From the NCBI GenBank assembly GCA_036377735.1, contig DASUXU010000014.1:6410-70409 (forward strand): a DNA stretch of 64,000 nt, in the 5' to 3' direction. Source of the DNA: Longimicrobiales bacterium. Lineage in GTDB: Bacteria; Gemmatimonadota; Gemmatimonadetes; Longimicrobiales; RSA9. The notes beneath the pieces are model-generated. The model was given only the letters and a program-made list of their open reading frames with translations. It had not been told where the DNA came from and made no database searches. Position numbers and translations under genes: made by a program. Below are positions 32,787-44,135 of this stretch, piece by piece; the stretch's first letter is position 1, and every line of letters starts with the position of its first letter.

Positions 32787-34232
32787 TCAGATCACTTCGT
32801 ACTTCCAGGAAACCGCGGATTCCGGTGCGTCCATTTCCACGCTGAACGGCGCGCGCTCATCCTTCGCGGGGACGGTGATCGTCGCTTCCTTCTGCGCAAC
32901 GGAGTTGCCGTCCTTGTCGAGCAGGTGGAAGCGGAGCTTTGCCTGCGAACCCGGCTTTGACAGGCCATAGATCGTGCCGGTCAGTGTCACCGATTTGTCG
33001 GACGTCGCAGTGTGTATTTCAGAGATCGAGAACGGGAGCGCCTCGTTCTTCTCGAGGGTCGCGAGCACCTTGTTGCGCCAGTCGGCAGCGTTCGGCGCGT
33101 CGATGTCGGACATGCCGCGCTGGGCCGCCGCGAGGCGCATCAGCATGGTTGCATTCATCGGCGCGAGCTTGAGGCCGCTCTCTGCCGCAGCAATGATCGC
33201 CTGGTATTGCGTCTTGAGCTTCGCGTCGACGGCGGCCGCGGCCGCACCGGTCTTGCCCTCCTTCTCCTTGTTGAGAGCGTCGACAATACCTGACCGGGAG
33301 TTCACGGCGAAGTCGAGGACATCGACGGAGTACGGGTTCATCTCCGAGGCGCGGGTGAACGCATCAGCGGCGCGGTCATACTGACCGGCGTTGTGCAGCG
33401 CGATACCCACGTTCAGGAGCTGAGTGCCCGTAAGGTCCGTGCGCCCGAGGAGCTTTGCGTAGATGTCGTTCGCCTCGGCGGTCTTGCCGCCGCGGCTGAG
33501 CATCAGCGCGAGATTGGACATGACGGCCGGGTTCTCGGGCGAGCGGGACAGCAGCTCGCGATACATCGCTTCGGCATCACCGAAGCGATCCTGCTGCGCC
33601 AGCATGGTGGCCAGCGCGCGCACTGCGCTCAGCTCGGCCTCCGCCCATTCCGCTTCCTTCTTCTCATCCAGACCCTTGCGGTTCGGGCCCCGCAGGATCG
33701 TCAGCTCATCGCGGTACGCCTTCTCGGCGTTCGCGAGATCGCCCATCTGGAGGTAGATCGAGCCGAGCGTCTGCAGCGCCTCGGGACGGCCGCGGTAGAT
33801 CCTGTCGGCAAGCTTGAGATCGGCGATGCCCGCCTGCGCGTCACCGGCCTGGATCTTCTTCACGGCGTTGTTGAACGCCGTCACCCACATGCTCTGCCGC
33901 TGCTTGTCGATGTCCGCCTTGTACTCCGGGTACATCGACTCGGCCTTCGCATAGGACGTGTCCGCTCCGACGATGTCGCCGAGCAGCTCATACGCCTTGC
34001 CTCGCTGGAACCACAACTTCGGATTGTTCGGGTCCTTCTGAAGTCCCTCTGCCGTGATGGAAAGAGCGAGCTCCAGCTGCTCCTTCTTCTCGCTGTCGAG
34101 GTTCGACTTGGCGGCGTTGTCGAAGTACACGTCAGCGCTGCGCGTCTCCTTCGAGTTCGATGGCTTCTGCGCGTGCGCAACAGCCGGTACCAGGGTCGAG
34201 AGGGCAAGCAGCAGCCCTGCAACACGCTTCAT
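32787..34232 (-). CDS. Secreted TPR-repeat protein with C-terminal beta-rich domain
   Basis: The ATG at 34232 gives MKRVAGLLLALSTLVPAVAHA-Q. Multiple TPR-like repeats follow (..AYELLGD.., ..IYLQMGDL..AEKAY.., ..ALHNAGQYDRAADAF..). Confidence 0.75.
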   Translation of the reverse strand: MKRVAGLLLALSTLVPAVAHAQKPSNSKETRSADVYFDNAAKSNLDSEKKEQLELALSITAEGLQKDPNNPKLWFQRGKAYELLGDIVGADTSYAKAESMYPEYKADIDKQRQSMWVTAFNNAVKKIQAGDAQAGIADLKLADRIYRGRPEALQTLGSIYLQMGDLANAEKAYRDELTILRGPNRKGLDEKKEAEWAEAELSAVRALATMLAQQDRFGDAEAMYRELLSRSPENPAVMSNLALMLSRGGKTAEANDIYAKLLGRTDLTGTQLLNVGIALHNAGQYDRAADAFTRASEMNPYSVDVLDFAVNSRSGIVDALNKEKEGKTGAAAAAVDAKLKTQYQAIIAAAESGLKLAPMNATMLMRLAAAQRGMSDIDAPNAADWRNKVLATLEKNEALPFSISEIHTATSDKSVTLTGTIYGLSKPGSQAKLRFHLLDKDGNSVAQKEATITVPAKDERAPFSVEMDAPESAVSWKYEVI

Positions 34233-34282
34233 CCACCAACCTCCGTCTACTGGGATAAGGGCAATTCCAGACTCAACAGCAT

Positions 34283-35479
34283 TCATTCTGATACTCCGTT
34301 CGCCGGGTTTTGTGGCATTTCCTCGTCCAGTGCACGCCGCACTTCGAACGCACTCAGACCGAGTGCCGCAGCCGCCCGTGCCACGTCTTCATACTCCGGC
34401 TTCGACCGCGATGTGCCATCCGGCAGGGTCACACGCTTGAATCCGATCTCCTGACCCCGCCAGATCCGCACTTCCTGGGTCCGCTCCAGCGTTTCGCGGC
34501 TGACCGGCCAGAACCGGACCCCGATCGTACTGCTCCCCTGAAACAGGGCACGGATGACGGCATCCCTGCATTCAGCGCTCACCAGCAGGTCCAGACGGTG
34601 TCCCAGCCGGCCTTTCTTCATAGTAACCGGCACGGCGACCGCGTCCAGCGCTCCGGCCGCCAGCGCCGCCTCCTGGGCCGCGGACAGGTACTCCGGGGCC
34701 ATGTCGTCGATATCGGCCTGCAGGGCGAAAACAGCCCCCGCCGGCACTGCCTCGAATGCGGGTTCCGCCGCGATGAGCCGGAGGCAGTTCGGATGTTCCT
34801 GCGGGTCCCTGGTGCCGCCCCCGAAGCCGGTCCGGCGCGGCAGTATCCCGGTGGGCGGGGTCCGCCCTCCCGTCAGTGTGGCGATAATCGCCGCACCCGT
34901 CGGCGTCGTACACTCGCCGGGGAGCTCGAGCCCAGTAGTGGGAACCCCTTCCAGGATGCGCAGGGTGGCGGGAGCCGGGACGGGGAACCTGCCGTGGGCG
35001 ATCTCGATCCAGCCGCTGCCGAGGGCCACGGGCCTCGTGTAGAACTCCGTGAATCCGAGCTCATCCACGGCTGCCATGGTGCAGAGGATGTCCAGGATGG
35101 CGTCCACCGCGCCCACCTCGTGGAAATGCACGCGTTCAACCGTGGTGCCATGGACCGCGGCCTCCGCTACCGCGATCAGGCGGAATGCGTCCTTCGCGCG
35201 CTCCTTTGCGCGCTCCGGTGCGCGGCTGCGGTCGATGATCTCGACGACGTGCCGCAGATGCCGGTGCGCGTGCTCGTGCGGCAGATCAAAAACGATGTGC
35301 GCGCAGTCGATTCCCTTCCGGTTCACGCGGGTGACCGCGACACCGATGTCACCGAGACCGAGCGACGCAATGAATTCGCGCAGCCAGGATTCGGACAGAC
35401 CCAGGTCCAGCAGCGCGGCGAGGGTCATGTCCCCGCTGACGCCCGCGAACGGGTCGAAGATGAGGGCGCGACCGGTCAT
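34283..35479 (-). CDS. larC: LarC family nickel-insertion protein (DUF111)
   Basis: LIFDPFAGVSGDMTLAALLDLG is the N-terminal signature. The motifs HFHEVGAVDAILDI and a C-terminal LarC2-like domain are present. The ATG is at 35479. Confidence 0.85.
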   Translation of the reverse strand: MTGRALIFDPFAGVSGDMTLAALLDLGLSESWLREFIASLGLGDIGVAVTRVNRKGIDCAHIVFDLPHEHAHRHLRHVVEIIDRSRAPERAKERAKDAFRLIAVAEAAVHGTTVERVHFHEVGAVDAILDILCTMAAVDELGFTEFYTRPVALGSGWIEIAHGRFPVPAPATLRILEGVPTTGLELPGECTTPTGAAIIATLTGGRTPPTGILPRRTGFGGGTRDPQEHPNCLRLIAAEPAFEAVPAGAVFALQADIDDMAPEYLSAAQEAALAAGALDAVAVPVTMKKGRLGHRLDLLVSAECRDAVIRALFQGSSTIGVRFWPVSRETLERTQEVRIWRGQEIGFKRVTLPDGTSRSKPEYEDVARAAAALGLSAFEVRRALDEEMPQNPANGVSE

Positions 35480-35519
35480 CGGATCTCCTGCATGTGACGT
35501 ATCGAGATTCTCGCGCACG

Positions 35520-37352
35520 TCACCGGCCGAGGTGCTCGAGGATCTTCACGCCCAGCGCAGCGGAGAAGCCGGGCACCTCGCCGATCTGCTGCGGCGTCGC
35601 GCTGCGGAGAGCACGCACACTGCCGAAGCGCTCGAGAAGCGCGCGCTGGCGCGCGGGGCCGATGCCGGGAATGGTGGACAGCTCGCTGGACAACGTGCGC
35701 TTACCCCGCAGTTTACGGTTGTACGTGATCGCGAAACGGTGCGCCTCGTTGCGGATCCGCTGCAGCAGCCGCAGCGCGTCTGCGGTGCGCGGCAGGCGCA
35801 GGGGATCCGGGCGGCCGACAAGGTAGATTTCCTCCTCGCGCTTCGCCAGACTCGCGAACACGACCTCGAGGGCACCGACTTCCTTCGCCGCCTCGACTGC
35901 GGCGCCGAGCTGTCCCCTGCCGCCGTCGATCAGCGCCAGCTCCGGCAGGGGAAGATTCTCCTCTATGCGACGTCGGAAATAGCGCTGCACCACTTCCGCC
36001 ATCGACCTGAAATCGTCGTTGCCCCAGTCGCCACGGATACGGAACCGCTTGTATTCCGACTTGTACGGCTCGCCGTTCTGGAACACCACGCCGCTGCCTA
36101 CCACCTCCGAGCCCTGCGTGTGCGAGATATCGAAGCACACGATCAGCCGTGGCACCACCTTCATGCCCAGCGCTTCCTGCAGGTCGTAGAGCGCGTCGTC
36201 GGCGCGCGTATCGACGCGTTCACGCATCACCGCGCGCTCCTCCAGCAGGTGTCGCGCATTCTGCGCAGCCAGGTCGAGCAGCCGCTGCTTGTCTCCCTTG
36301 ACCGGCACGAACGTGTTGACCTTCCGTTTCGCCCGCTCGTTCAGCAGACCCTCGATGATCACGCGGTCCTCGAACTCGTCGGGGAACAGCACCTCATGCG
36401 GCAAGTCACGCAAGCCGATGTCGCCCCGTCCGAAGTAGACACGCGTGGCCGCCGTCGCCAGCAGCTCCGCATCATCCTCCTCCGCGACGTTCTCGAAGAA
36501 GTCGACTTCCCGTCCGAGCAGCTTGCCATTGCGGATGCGCAGCAGCACGGCACATGCGCGCTCGCCGTCGCGTGCCGTTCCGATCACGTCCACATCCCGG
36601 CCACGCACGTCCAGCGCTCGCTGGCGACGCTCGATCGACTCCAGACCCGTCAGCACGTCACGCATCGTGGCCGCCCGTTCGAAGTCGAGTGACGCAGCAG
36701 CCTCCTTCATTCCCTGCTCCACCCGCTTACGCACGCCGTCCGTCTTGCCGCCAAGCACTTCCATGACGTCCTGGATCATGCTGCGATAGGACGCCTGTGA
36801 CTGCAGACCCACGCACGGCGCCTGGCAGCGGCCGATGTGGTAGTCGAGACACGGGCGGTCGGGCGACTCCTTCGGCAGGTCGTAGCGGCAGCTGCGCACG
36901 GTGAACAACCGCTTCACGAGTTCCAGCGCCTGCCGCATCGCGCTCACTTCCGTGAACGGGCCGAAGTAGCGGCCGCCGTCGTTGTCCAGGCGACGGGTCA
37001 CGTAGACGCGCGGAAACGGCTCCTGCAGCGTCACCTTGATGTAGGGGTACCGTTTGTCGTCCCGGAGCTGGATGTTGAAGCGCGGCTTGTGCTCCTTGAT
37101 GAGGTTCGCCTCGAGCAGGAGCGCCTCCGCCTCAGACCCCACCACGATCGAGTCGATGTCCGCAACCCGTCGCAGCATTTCCCGGTTCTTGAGCGACGTA
37201 GCGCCATCGATGGCGAAATGGCTGCGCACACGCGCGCGCAGCGAGTTCGCCTTGCCGATGTAGATGAACTCGCCGGCCGCGTCCTTGAACAGGTACACGC
37301 CCGGCCGGGCCGGCAGGTGCTGAAGCTTTCTGTCGAGGTGGTCTGACTGCAC
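35520..37352 (-). CDS. uvrC: Excinuclease ABC subunit C
   Basis: It has a GIY-YIG N-terminus (GVYLFKDAAGEFIYIGKA), a UVR domain, an endonuclease domain and a C-terminal (HhH)2. The start codon is GTG. Confidence 0.95.
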   Translation of the reverse strand: MQSDHLDRKLQHLPARPGVYLFKDAAGEFIYIGKANSLRARVRSHFAIDGATSLKNREMLRRVADIDSIVVGSEAEALLLEANLIKEHKPRFNIQLRDDKRYPYIKVTLQEPFPRVYVTRRLDNDGGRYFGPFTEVSAMRQALELVKRLFTVRSCRYDLPKESPDRPCLDYHIGRCQAPCVGLQSQASYRSMIQDVMEVLGGKTDGVRKRVEQGMKEAAASLDFERAATMRDVLTGLESIERRQRALDVRGRDVDVIGTARDGERACAVLLRIRNGKLLGREVDFFENVAEEDDAELLATAATRVYFGRGDIGLRDLPHEVLFPDEFEDRVIIEGLLNERAKRKVNTFVPVKGDKQRLLDLAAQNARHLLEERAVMRERVDTRADDALYDLQEALGMKVVPRLIVCFDISHTQGSEVVGSGVVFQNGEPYKSEYKRFRIRGDWGNDDFRSMAEVVQRYFRRRIEENLPLPELALIDGGRGQLGAAVEAAKEVGALEVVFASLAKREEEIYLVGRPDPLRLPRTADALRLLQRIRNEAHRFAITYNRKLRGKRTLSSELSTIPGIGPARQRALLERFGSVRALRSATPQQIGEVPGFSAALGVKILEHLGR

Positions 37353-37421
37353 GTGTCTGTTCGCCTGGCTGATGTGTGGGCTGTTATACCCCGCACCGTT
37401 TCCGCGTGTCCCCCTGGGGCG

Positions 37422-39125
37422 TCAGCGTCGAAGCACCCGGTTCACCAGCCGGCGGGACTGCGGCACACCGGCGAGACCGGTCAGCAACAGGTAGAGCAGA
37501 CCGACCGGCGGCAGGACGACGACCGCGCGCATCAGCGGTGAATCGATCGGTGCGAACTGGGCGATCGCCCGTCCTGCCGCGGCTGCCACGATGGCCGCAG
37601 CGAACATCCGCGTGAGAATGCCGGCACCCGCCCCGACGTGGCCGACCTTACCGCCCAGTGTGCGTCGCAGCGTCCACCACTCGTACCACGCCGCGATCGA
37701 GGAACCGAGTCCGAGCCCGGCAGCGCCCAGCGCGAGCTCCGAATTGACATGAATGCGGTCGAACGGAAACATGAGCGCCGCGCCAAGCACGCCCGCGATG
37801 ATGACGCGCCAGAACGCCACCTTTGCCGGCGTGCGCGTGTCGCCCAGCGCAAAGAAAGTCGATGAGAAGAGCCGCGTACCGGTGGATGCCACGAGGCCCA
37901 GACTGAATGCGGCAAGAATCACGTATGTCTGGAGCGTTTCCGCCGGGCCGAACACGCCATTCTGCAGGATGCCGCCGACAATGACGTCACCGAGGACCAC
38001 GAACGCAATGAAGGACGGTACCACGAAAAAGTAGATCTGGCGCAGTCCCGAGTTTACGCGCTCCCGCATCTGCTCTGCCCCGCTCAACCGCTCACGGGCC
38101 AGGTCCGGCAGCTCCGACGCCGCTACAGACATTCCGAACAGGCTGATCGGCAGCATGTAGAGCAGCAGCGCGTTCTGCATGGCCGTTACGGATCCAGTGG
38201 AAATCAGTCCCGCGAGCCATATGTCCAGCAGTGCGCTCGCCTGCACAACACCCCTTCCGGCGATGGCGGGTCCTGCGGTGTGGACGATCTCGCGGACTTC
38301 CGGAAGCTTCGGCGCCCAGCCTACGCGCAGGCTCCGCTCGAGACGCAGCACGAACGGCACCTGTATCAGGAACTGGAGAACGCCACCGATGAGAGCGCCC
38401 CATGCCAGCGCTACCGTCAGTCGGCTCAGCCACTCGGCGACAGCGGGAGCCGTCAGTCCGCCCTCCGGGCGGGACCGTCCGAACAGGATCAGTGTGGCAA
38501 TGATCGCCGCGTTCCACAGAACCGGCGCTACGTAGGAGACGAAGAACTTGCGATGACTGTTCTGCACGCCGAGCGCCCACGCCGAGAGCACCAGGACGGC
38601 TGTCATGGGGAAGATGATACGAACGCAGGCAATGGTGAGCGCGCGCTGTTCACCAACCCACTTCGGCGCCCCGATGGTGACCAGCAGTGGGGCGGCAAAA
38701 AAGCCCACAAGCCCGAGGATTCCTGCCAGCACGAGCAGCAGCGCGAAGACCGCGCCAGCCACCCGTCCTGCCTCTTCCTTCCGCCCTTCCTTCAGCAGCC
38801 TGCTGTATACCGGTATGAACGACGCGCTCAGCGTTCCTTCACCCAGCAGGTTCTGAAGGAAGTTTGGCATCCGGAGCGCGAGATTAAACGCGTCGCTGTA
38901 CAGGGAGACGCCGAGTGCGCCCGCGATGAATCGCTGCCGCACGAGACCGGCGATGCGGCTGAGGAAGATACCGGCCGCTACGAGATAGGCGGCAGAGCCG
39001 CCGCGTGGCTCTGCGCGCGGACCATCCGGTGTTTCGACTGACGATGGCCCGGGCGACTCCTGATCGGACGCCTCAGCCGGGCCGGGCCGCATGGCGCTGC
39101 CCTCCTGTTCACGCCTCTCGGACAT
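37422..39125 (-). CDS. murJ: Lipid II flippase MurJ (MviN)
   Basis: MurJ-like features are GIFLSRIAGLVRQRFIAGALG near the N-terminus and about 14 TM helices. The ATG at 39125 has AGGAG 4 nt upstream; 39092 and 39203 are alternatives. Confidence 0.85.
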   Translation of the reverse strand: MSERREQEGSAMRPGPAEASDQESPGPSSVETPDGPRAEPRGGSAAYLVAAGIFLSRIAGLVRQRFIAGALGVSLYSDAFNLALRMPNFLQNLLGEGTLSASFIPVYSRLLKEGRKEEAGRVAGAVFALLLVLAGILGLVGFFAAPLLVTIGAPKWVGEQRALTIACVRIIFPMTAVLVLSAWALGVQNSHRKFFVSYVAPVLWNAAIIATLILFGRSRPEGGLTAPAVAEWLSRLTVALAWGALIGGVLQFLIQVPFVLRLERSLRVGWAPKLPEVREIVHTAGPAIAGRGVVQASALLDIWLAGLISTGSVTAMQNALLLYMLPISLFGMSVAASELPDLARERLSGAEQMRERVNSGLRQIYFFVVPSFIAFVVLGDVIVGGILQNGVFGPAETLQTYVILAAFSLGLVASTGTRLFSSTFFALGDTRTPAKVAFWRVIIAGVLGAALMFPFDRIHVNSELALGAAGLGLGSSIAAWYEWWTLRRTLGGKVGHVGAGAGILTRMFAAAIVAAAAGRAIAQFAPIDSPLMRAVVVLPPVGLLYLLLTGLAGVPQSRRLVNRVLRR

Positions 39126-40767
39126 CGAGCTCCTGCTGCATGTCGCATTTGACGCCGGTCCAGTCCGGGACCGAACGGTCCAGGACCACCGGCATGGCGT
39201 CATGCATTGCCTGAATCAGGCCACGGCCCCATTTCGCCAGGAACGGGACAATGTTGAGCACGCGCTCCTGCGGCGCGCCACCCGGGTATATTACCGCTGC
39301 CGCCTTCCGCAGCTGCTCGATCCGCGCCTCATTGTTACGACGGAACTGCGCCTCGATTCGCTTCTCCGTGCGCTTCACCTCCGCGGCGGCGCGGTAGCCG
39401 GCGCTCCGGACCGGGCCCGCAAGCGTCGGATCCACCGCCGGCACACTCCGCTCGACCTCGCCGAACGCACTGGTCACGGCTTCTTCCGCCGTCGCCAGCG
39501 CGGCACGTACACCCGCCGGCAGGTCCCGCCTGACCATCTCACCCACCAGCCGGCCGAACGGCGCGCGCACGGAGTTCACGCTATGGCCGACACGCTCGAG
39601 CGCATGCTCGGTCTTGTGATCGACGATCGTCAGGCCATGACGGGGGAACACCACGGGCGGCATGATGTCGTGCGCCTCGAAGAGGCAGCCGATCTGTGCG
39701 AAATACGTGGTCTCTGCGGGCCCACCGACGTACGAGAGGGTCGGAAACACCGAGCTTTCAATCACCGGCCGCAGGAACACGTTCGCGGAAAGCATCTCGG
39801 GATCCGCCTGCACCTGCGCGAGCAGATCGTCATGCTCGATGCGTTCGCCCGTTCGTCGGAGCGACCAGCCGCCGCGCTGACGCACCAGGCGGTCGCGCCC
39901 TGCGTCGCGCAGCAGGAACACGTTCGACGCGGACGGCGTCACCGTAACCTGCGGCTTATAGCCTGCCGCTCGCACGAGCTCGGTCTGCGTGCTGACCAGC
40001 TGCTCGTGTGCCGCCGCATTCTCCAGCTCGTAGAGCATCACCGGCAGCGACGCCTGCTTCACGGCCTGATGCGCGGAGCTTACGATGGCGATCGGAAAAT
40101 CGGCGAGAATCTCCGCGAGCATGTCCTCGAACGCGGCTGCCACGCTCCGGCCTGCGGTATATGTCCGACGAACCATCTCGAGCGTATCCCGCCCGAAGCC
40201 TTCCTGCGGCAGCGTTTCCGAGACCGCCGCAACCGCCTCGTCTATGCCGCCGCCGAGCAACCGCCGCGACATCGGCCACGGCGGCGCGTCCTTATCCGCC
40301 GGCACGCGCACCGTACGGAGGTAGTGCTGCTCGTCGAGCAGGTCGATGTGGTCGACCTCCGCCCAGTCATGGTCATCCGCAGCGACCCAGAACACGGCGA
40401 GCACCGGACATCGCAGATGCCGCTCGAGCTCGGCCGCCAGCCGAACCGCCGACAATGCCTTGTAGATCGTGTAGAGCGGGCCCGTAAAAAGACCGGCCTG
40501 CTGTCCGGTCGTTACGACAAACCCCCGCCCCTGCATGACCGCGTCCAGCTTCGCGCGCGCCGCACCGTTCAACGGGCGATACGCCTCCCGCACCCGCTGC
40601 CGAACGGCAGGCGTCATTCGAGCGTGTACCTCGAGCGCCTTTCGCGTGTATGCCGCAGGATCGAGCGGATGACCGGAGTAGAACCGCGCGAGCGCAGGCG
40701 CACCGGCGAGGTAGTCGTTGAGGAACCGGGAGGAAACCGGGGTCGGGAGAACACGGGGAAGATTCAT
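39109..40767 (-). CDS. bshC: Bacillithiol biosynthesis cysteine-adding enzyme BshC
   Basis: VVTTGQQAGLFTGPLYTIYKALSAV is the BshC signature. The protein is about 550 aa. The ATG at 40767 forms an ATGA overlap with the rlmH stop. I rejected the 80-aa Arg-rich extension. Confidence 0.8.
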   Translation of the reverse strand: MNLPRVLPTPVSSRFLNDYLAGAPALARFYSGHPLDPAAYTRKALEVHARMTPAVRQRVREAYRPLNGAARAKLDAVMQGRGFVVTTGQQAGLFTGPLYTIYKALSAVRLAAELERHLRCPVLAVFWVAADDHDWAEVDHIDLLDEQHYLRTVRVPADKDAPPWPMSRRLLGGGIDEAVAAVSETLPQEGFGRDTLEMVRRTYTAGRSVAAAFEDMLAEILADFPIAIVSSAHQAVKQASLPVMLYELENAAAHEQLVSTQTELVRAAGYKPQVTVTPSASNVFLLRDAGRDRLVRQRGGWSLRRTGERIEHDDLLAQVQADPEMLSANVFLRPVIESSVFPTLSYVGGPAETTYFAQIGCLFEAHDIMPPVVFPRHGLTIVDHKTEHALERVGHSVNSVRAPFGRLVGEMVRRDLPAGVRAALATAEEAVTSAFGEVERSVPAVDPTLAGPVRSAGYRAAAEVKRTEKRIEAQFRRNNEARIEQLRKAAAVIYPGGAPQERVLNIVPFLAKWGRGLIQAMHDAMPVVLDRSVPDWTGVKCDMQQELDVREA

Positions 40768-41243
40768 TCCCCACCTTTGTGGTAGGGCTCCCGCCGCGCA
40801 ATAGTGCCGGCGCGATAGAGCTGCTCTGCGAGCACGAGTCGTGCGAGCTCGTGCGGGAGGGTGAAGTTCGAGAGGCGCAGCTGGCGGTTGGCGCGGCCCA
40901 GGACGTTGGACCCCAGGCCGATCGCGCCGCCGATGACGAACGCGGCACCTGCAGTGCCGCGCACGCCCAGGTCCTGCAGGTATTCCGTGAGCCGCGTGGA
41001 CGGCCACGCGTCACCAACGCGCGTGAGCGCAACTACGTCGAAATCGTCCGGCACGCGCTGGAGGATGCGGTCGCCCTCCGCCTCGCGGATCGCATCATCC
41101 GGAACGCCCTTCCGTGCGCGCTCCTCCTTCACTTCGGCGACATCGAGACTCCAGTAGCGCTGCGCGCGCTGCTCGTACTCGGCGATCGCCGCCGCCAGCA
41201 GACGACCGGGCTTGCCGACGGCGACAATCCGCACCTTCAGCAC
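40764..41243 (-). CDS. rlmH: 23S rRNA (pseudouridine1915-N3)-methyltransferase RlmH
   Basis: This is a SPOUT family protein of 159 aa, with ..FVIGGAIGL.. and a C-terminal ..LVLAEQLYRA motif. Confidence 0.9.
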   Translation of the reverse strand: MLKVRIVAVGKPGRLLAAAIAEYEQRAQRYWSLDVAEVKEERARKGVPDDAIREAEGDRILQRVPDDFDVVALTRVGDAWPSTRLTEYLQDLGVRGTAGAAFVIGGAIGLGSNVLGRANRQLRLSNFTLPHELARLVLAEQLYRAGTIARREPYHKGGE

Positions 41244-41253
41244 AGCGAACGCG

Positions 41254-42531
<1,278 letters not shown>

Positions 42532-42548
42532 GATCTCTTCTTCAACTC

Positions 42549-44135
42549 CTATGTTTCGCTTCCGCCGGCTTCGATCACAGTATCCCGGAGAAAACGCTCG
42601 TTGTCACGATATGGATAGTCCTCATTGTGGTGCAGCCCCCTGCTCTCCCGCCGACCGATTGCGCACCGGACGACCAGTTCTGCGACACACGCCAGGTTCC
42701 TGGCTTCCACGGCCTCAGGCTCCAGCGGAGTCACCGTGCGGATCGCCTCGATTTCGCCCAGAAGAGCTGAAAGCTCTTCCCGCGCTTCCTCGAGCTGCGC
42801 CGTGTGACGCACGATGCCGGCCTTTTCCCACATCAGGTCGCGGATCCTGCCGCGCAGGTCGGCCAGTGTTCCGGTTCCGGTACCTGCGCTTCCGTTACGC
42901 GGCGGAGTCCGGACCACCGCATCCCGGCAGGTGATCGCTATCTCGGATGCGACCTGCTCGCTGGCGCGATGGCTGTAAACCACCGCTTCCAGCAGAGAAT
43001 TTGATGCTAGGCGATTCGCCCCATGGACGCCAGTGCACGCGACCTCTCCCGCGGCGTACAGACCGGGTATGGTCGTGCGGCCGTCGCCATCGGTCATTAC
43101 GCCGCCGCAGGCGTAGTGCGCGGCGGGCACGACCGGTATGGGTGCCGTGAGGATATCGAGGCCGCGGGCGGCGGTTTCGGCCAGGATGCCCGGGAACCGG
43201 TCACGGATTTCCGCGTGATCGATCGGCGACAGGTCGAGCATCGCATGCGGCGCCCCGGAATCCTTCATGTAGCGGTCGATATGCCGGGCAACGATGTCGC
43301 GCGGCGCGAGCGATCCGAGTGCGTGGTCGATCGGCAGCAGGTCGCCCTCGATCGTACGCAGCACCGCGCCCTCGCCGCGCACGGCTTCGGAGATCAGGAA
43401 TGCACGCTGCTCGGCTGGATAGAGGGCGGTCGGGTGGAACTGCACAAATTCGAGGTTGGCTACGGCGGCACCGGCACGCGCGGCCATTGCGACACCATCT
43501 CCGGTGGCGATTTCGGGGTTGGTGGTGTGCCGGTATGCCTGGCCGATCCCGCCCGTGGCAATGAGCGTCACGCGCGCGTGTATCGTCTGCAGCGTTCCTG
43601 CCCGGTGGTCCAGGACGAGGGCGCCGCCTGCACGCGGCCTGCCAGTGTGGTCGCGCCCCACGAGCAGGTCTATTGCGACGGTGTCCTCGCACAGATCGAT
43701 GCGCGGATGGTCCGCCACCGCCTGGAGGAGCGCCCGCTCTATCTCCTTACCCGTGAAATCACCCGCGTGCAGGATGCGACGCCGGGAGTGGCCGCCTTCG
43801 CGGCCGAAGGAAAAGTCATCGCCGCTGCGCGAGAAGCGGACGCCCCAGTCGATCAGGTCATGGACCCGATCGGGCCCCTCGGCGACGAGCGCGAGCACCG
43901 CCTGCGTGTGACAGAGACCAGCGCCGGCAACGAGCGTGTCGCGGACGTGAAGTGCAGGCTCGTCCTCGGGCGCCATGACCGCTGCGATGCCGCCCTGCGC
44001 GTAGTTCGTGCTCGAGACCGCGCGTTCCTTCTTCGTCACAATGGCGACCGTGCCATGCGCAGCGGCTTTCAATGCGTATGTAAGGCCGGCAATGCCGCTG
44101 CCCAGTACGAGGACGTCGGTCTCGCGCTCGTTCAT
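42549..44135 (-). CDS. nadB: L-aspartate oxidase
   Basis: The FAD motif is [12 protein letters not shown]. The ..RHTTNP.. and ..[11 protein letters not shown].. motifs are present. The ATG at 44135 forms an ATGA overlap with the lpxK stop. I rejected the 109-aa extension in the track ORF. Confidence 0.9.
   Translation of the reverse strand: MNERETDVLVLGSGIAGLTYALKAAAHGTVAIVTKKERAVSSTNYAQGGIAAVMAPEDEPALHVRDTLVAGAGLCHTQAVLALVAEGPDRVHDLIDWGVRFSRSGDDFSFGREGGHSRRRILHAGDFTGKEIERALLQAVADHPRIDLCEDTVAIDLLVGRDHTGRPRAGGALVLDHRAGTLQTIHARVTLIATGGIGQAYRHTTNPEIATGDGVAMAARAGAAVANLEFVQFHPTALYPAEQRAFLISEAVRGEGAVLRTIEGDLLPIDHALGSLAPRDIVARHIDRYMKDSGAPHAMLDLSPIDHAEIRDRFPGILAETAARGLDILTAPIPVVPAAHYACGGVMTDGDGRTTIPGLYAAGEVACTGVHGANRLASNSLLEAVVYSHRASEQVASEIAITCRDAVVRTPPRNGSAGTGTGTLADLRGRIRDLMWEKAGIVRHTAQLEEAREELSALLGEIEAIRTVTPLEPEAVEARNLACVAELVVRCAIGRRESRGLHHNEDYPYRDNERFLRDTVIEAGGSET

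Noticed and set aside
39091-40785. A 564-aa + strand ORF. It is one of many long opposite-strand ORFs, such as 52271-54235 (654 aa), 35049-36692 (547 aa), 29407-30888 (493 aa), 2090-3490, 10142-11344, 41212-42618, 43023-44198, 55026-56075 and 198-1190.
   Set aside because: Each lies antisense to a gene with unambiguous family motifs (BshC, BamA, UvrC, Der, ABC-F and so on). Their translations are Arg/Ala/Pro/His-rich low-information sequences typical of stop-depleted shadow frames in high-GC DNA. None shows a recognisable domain.
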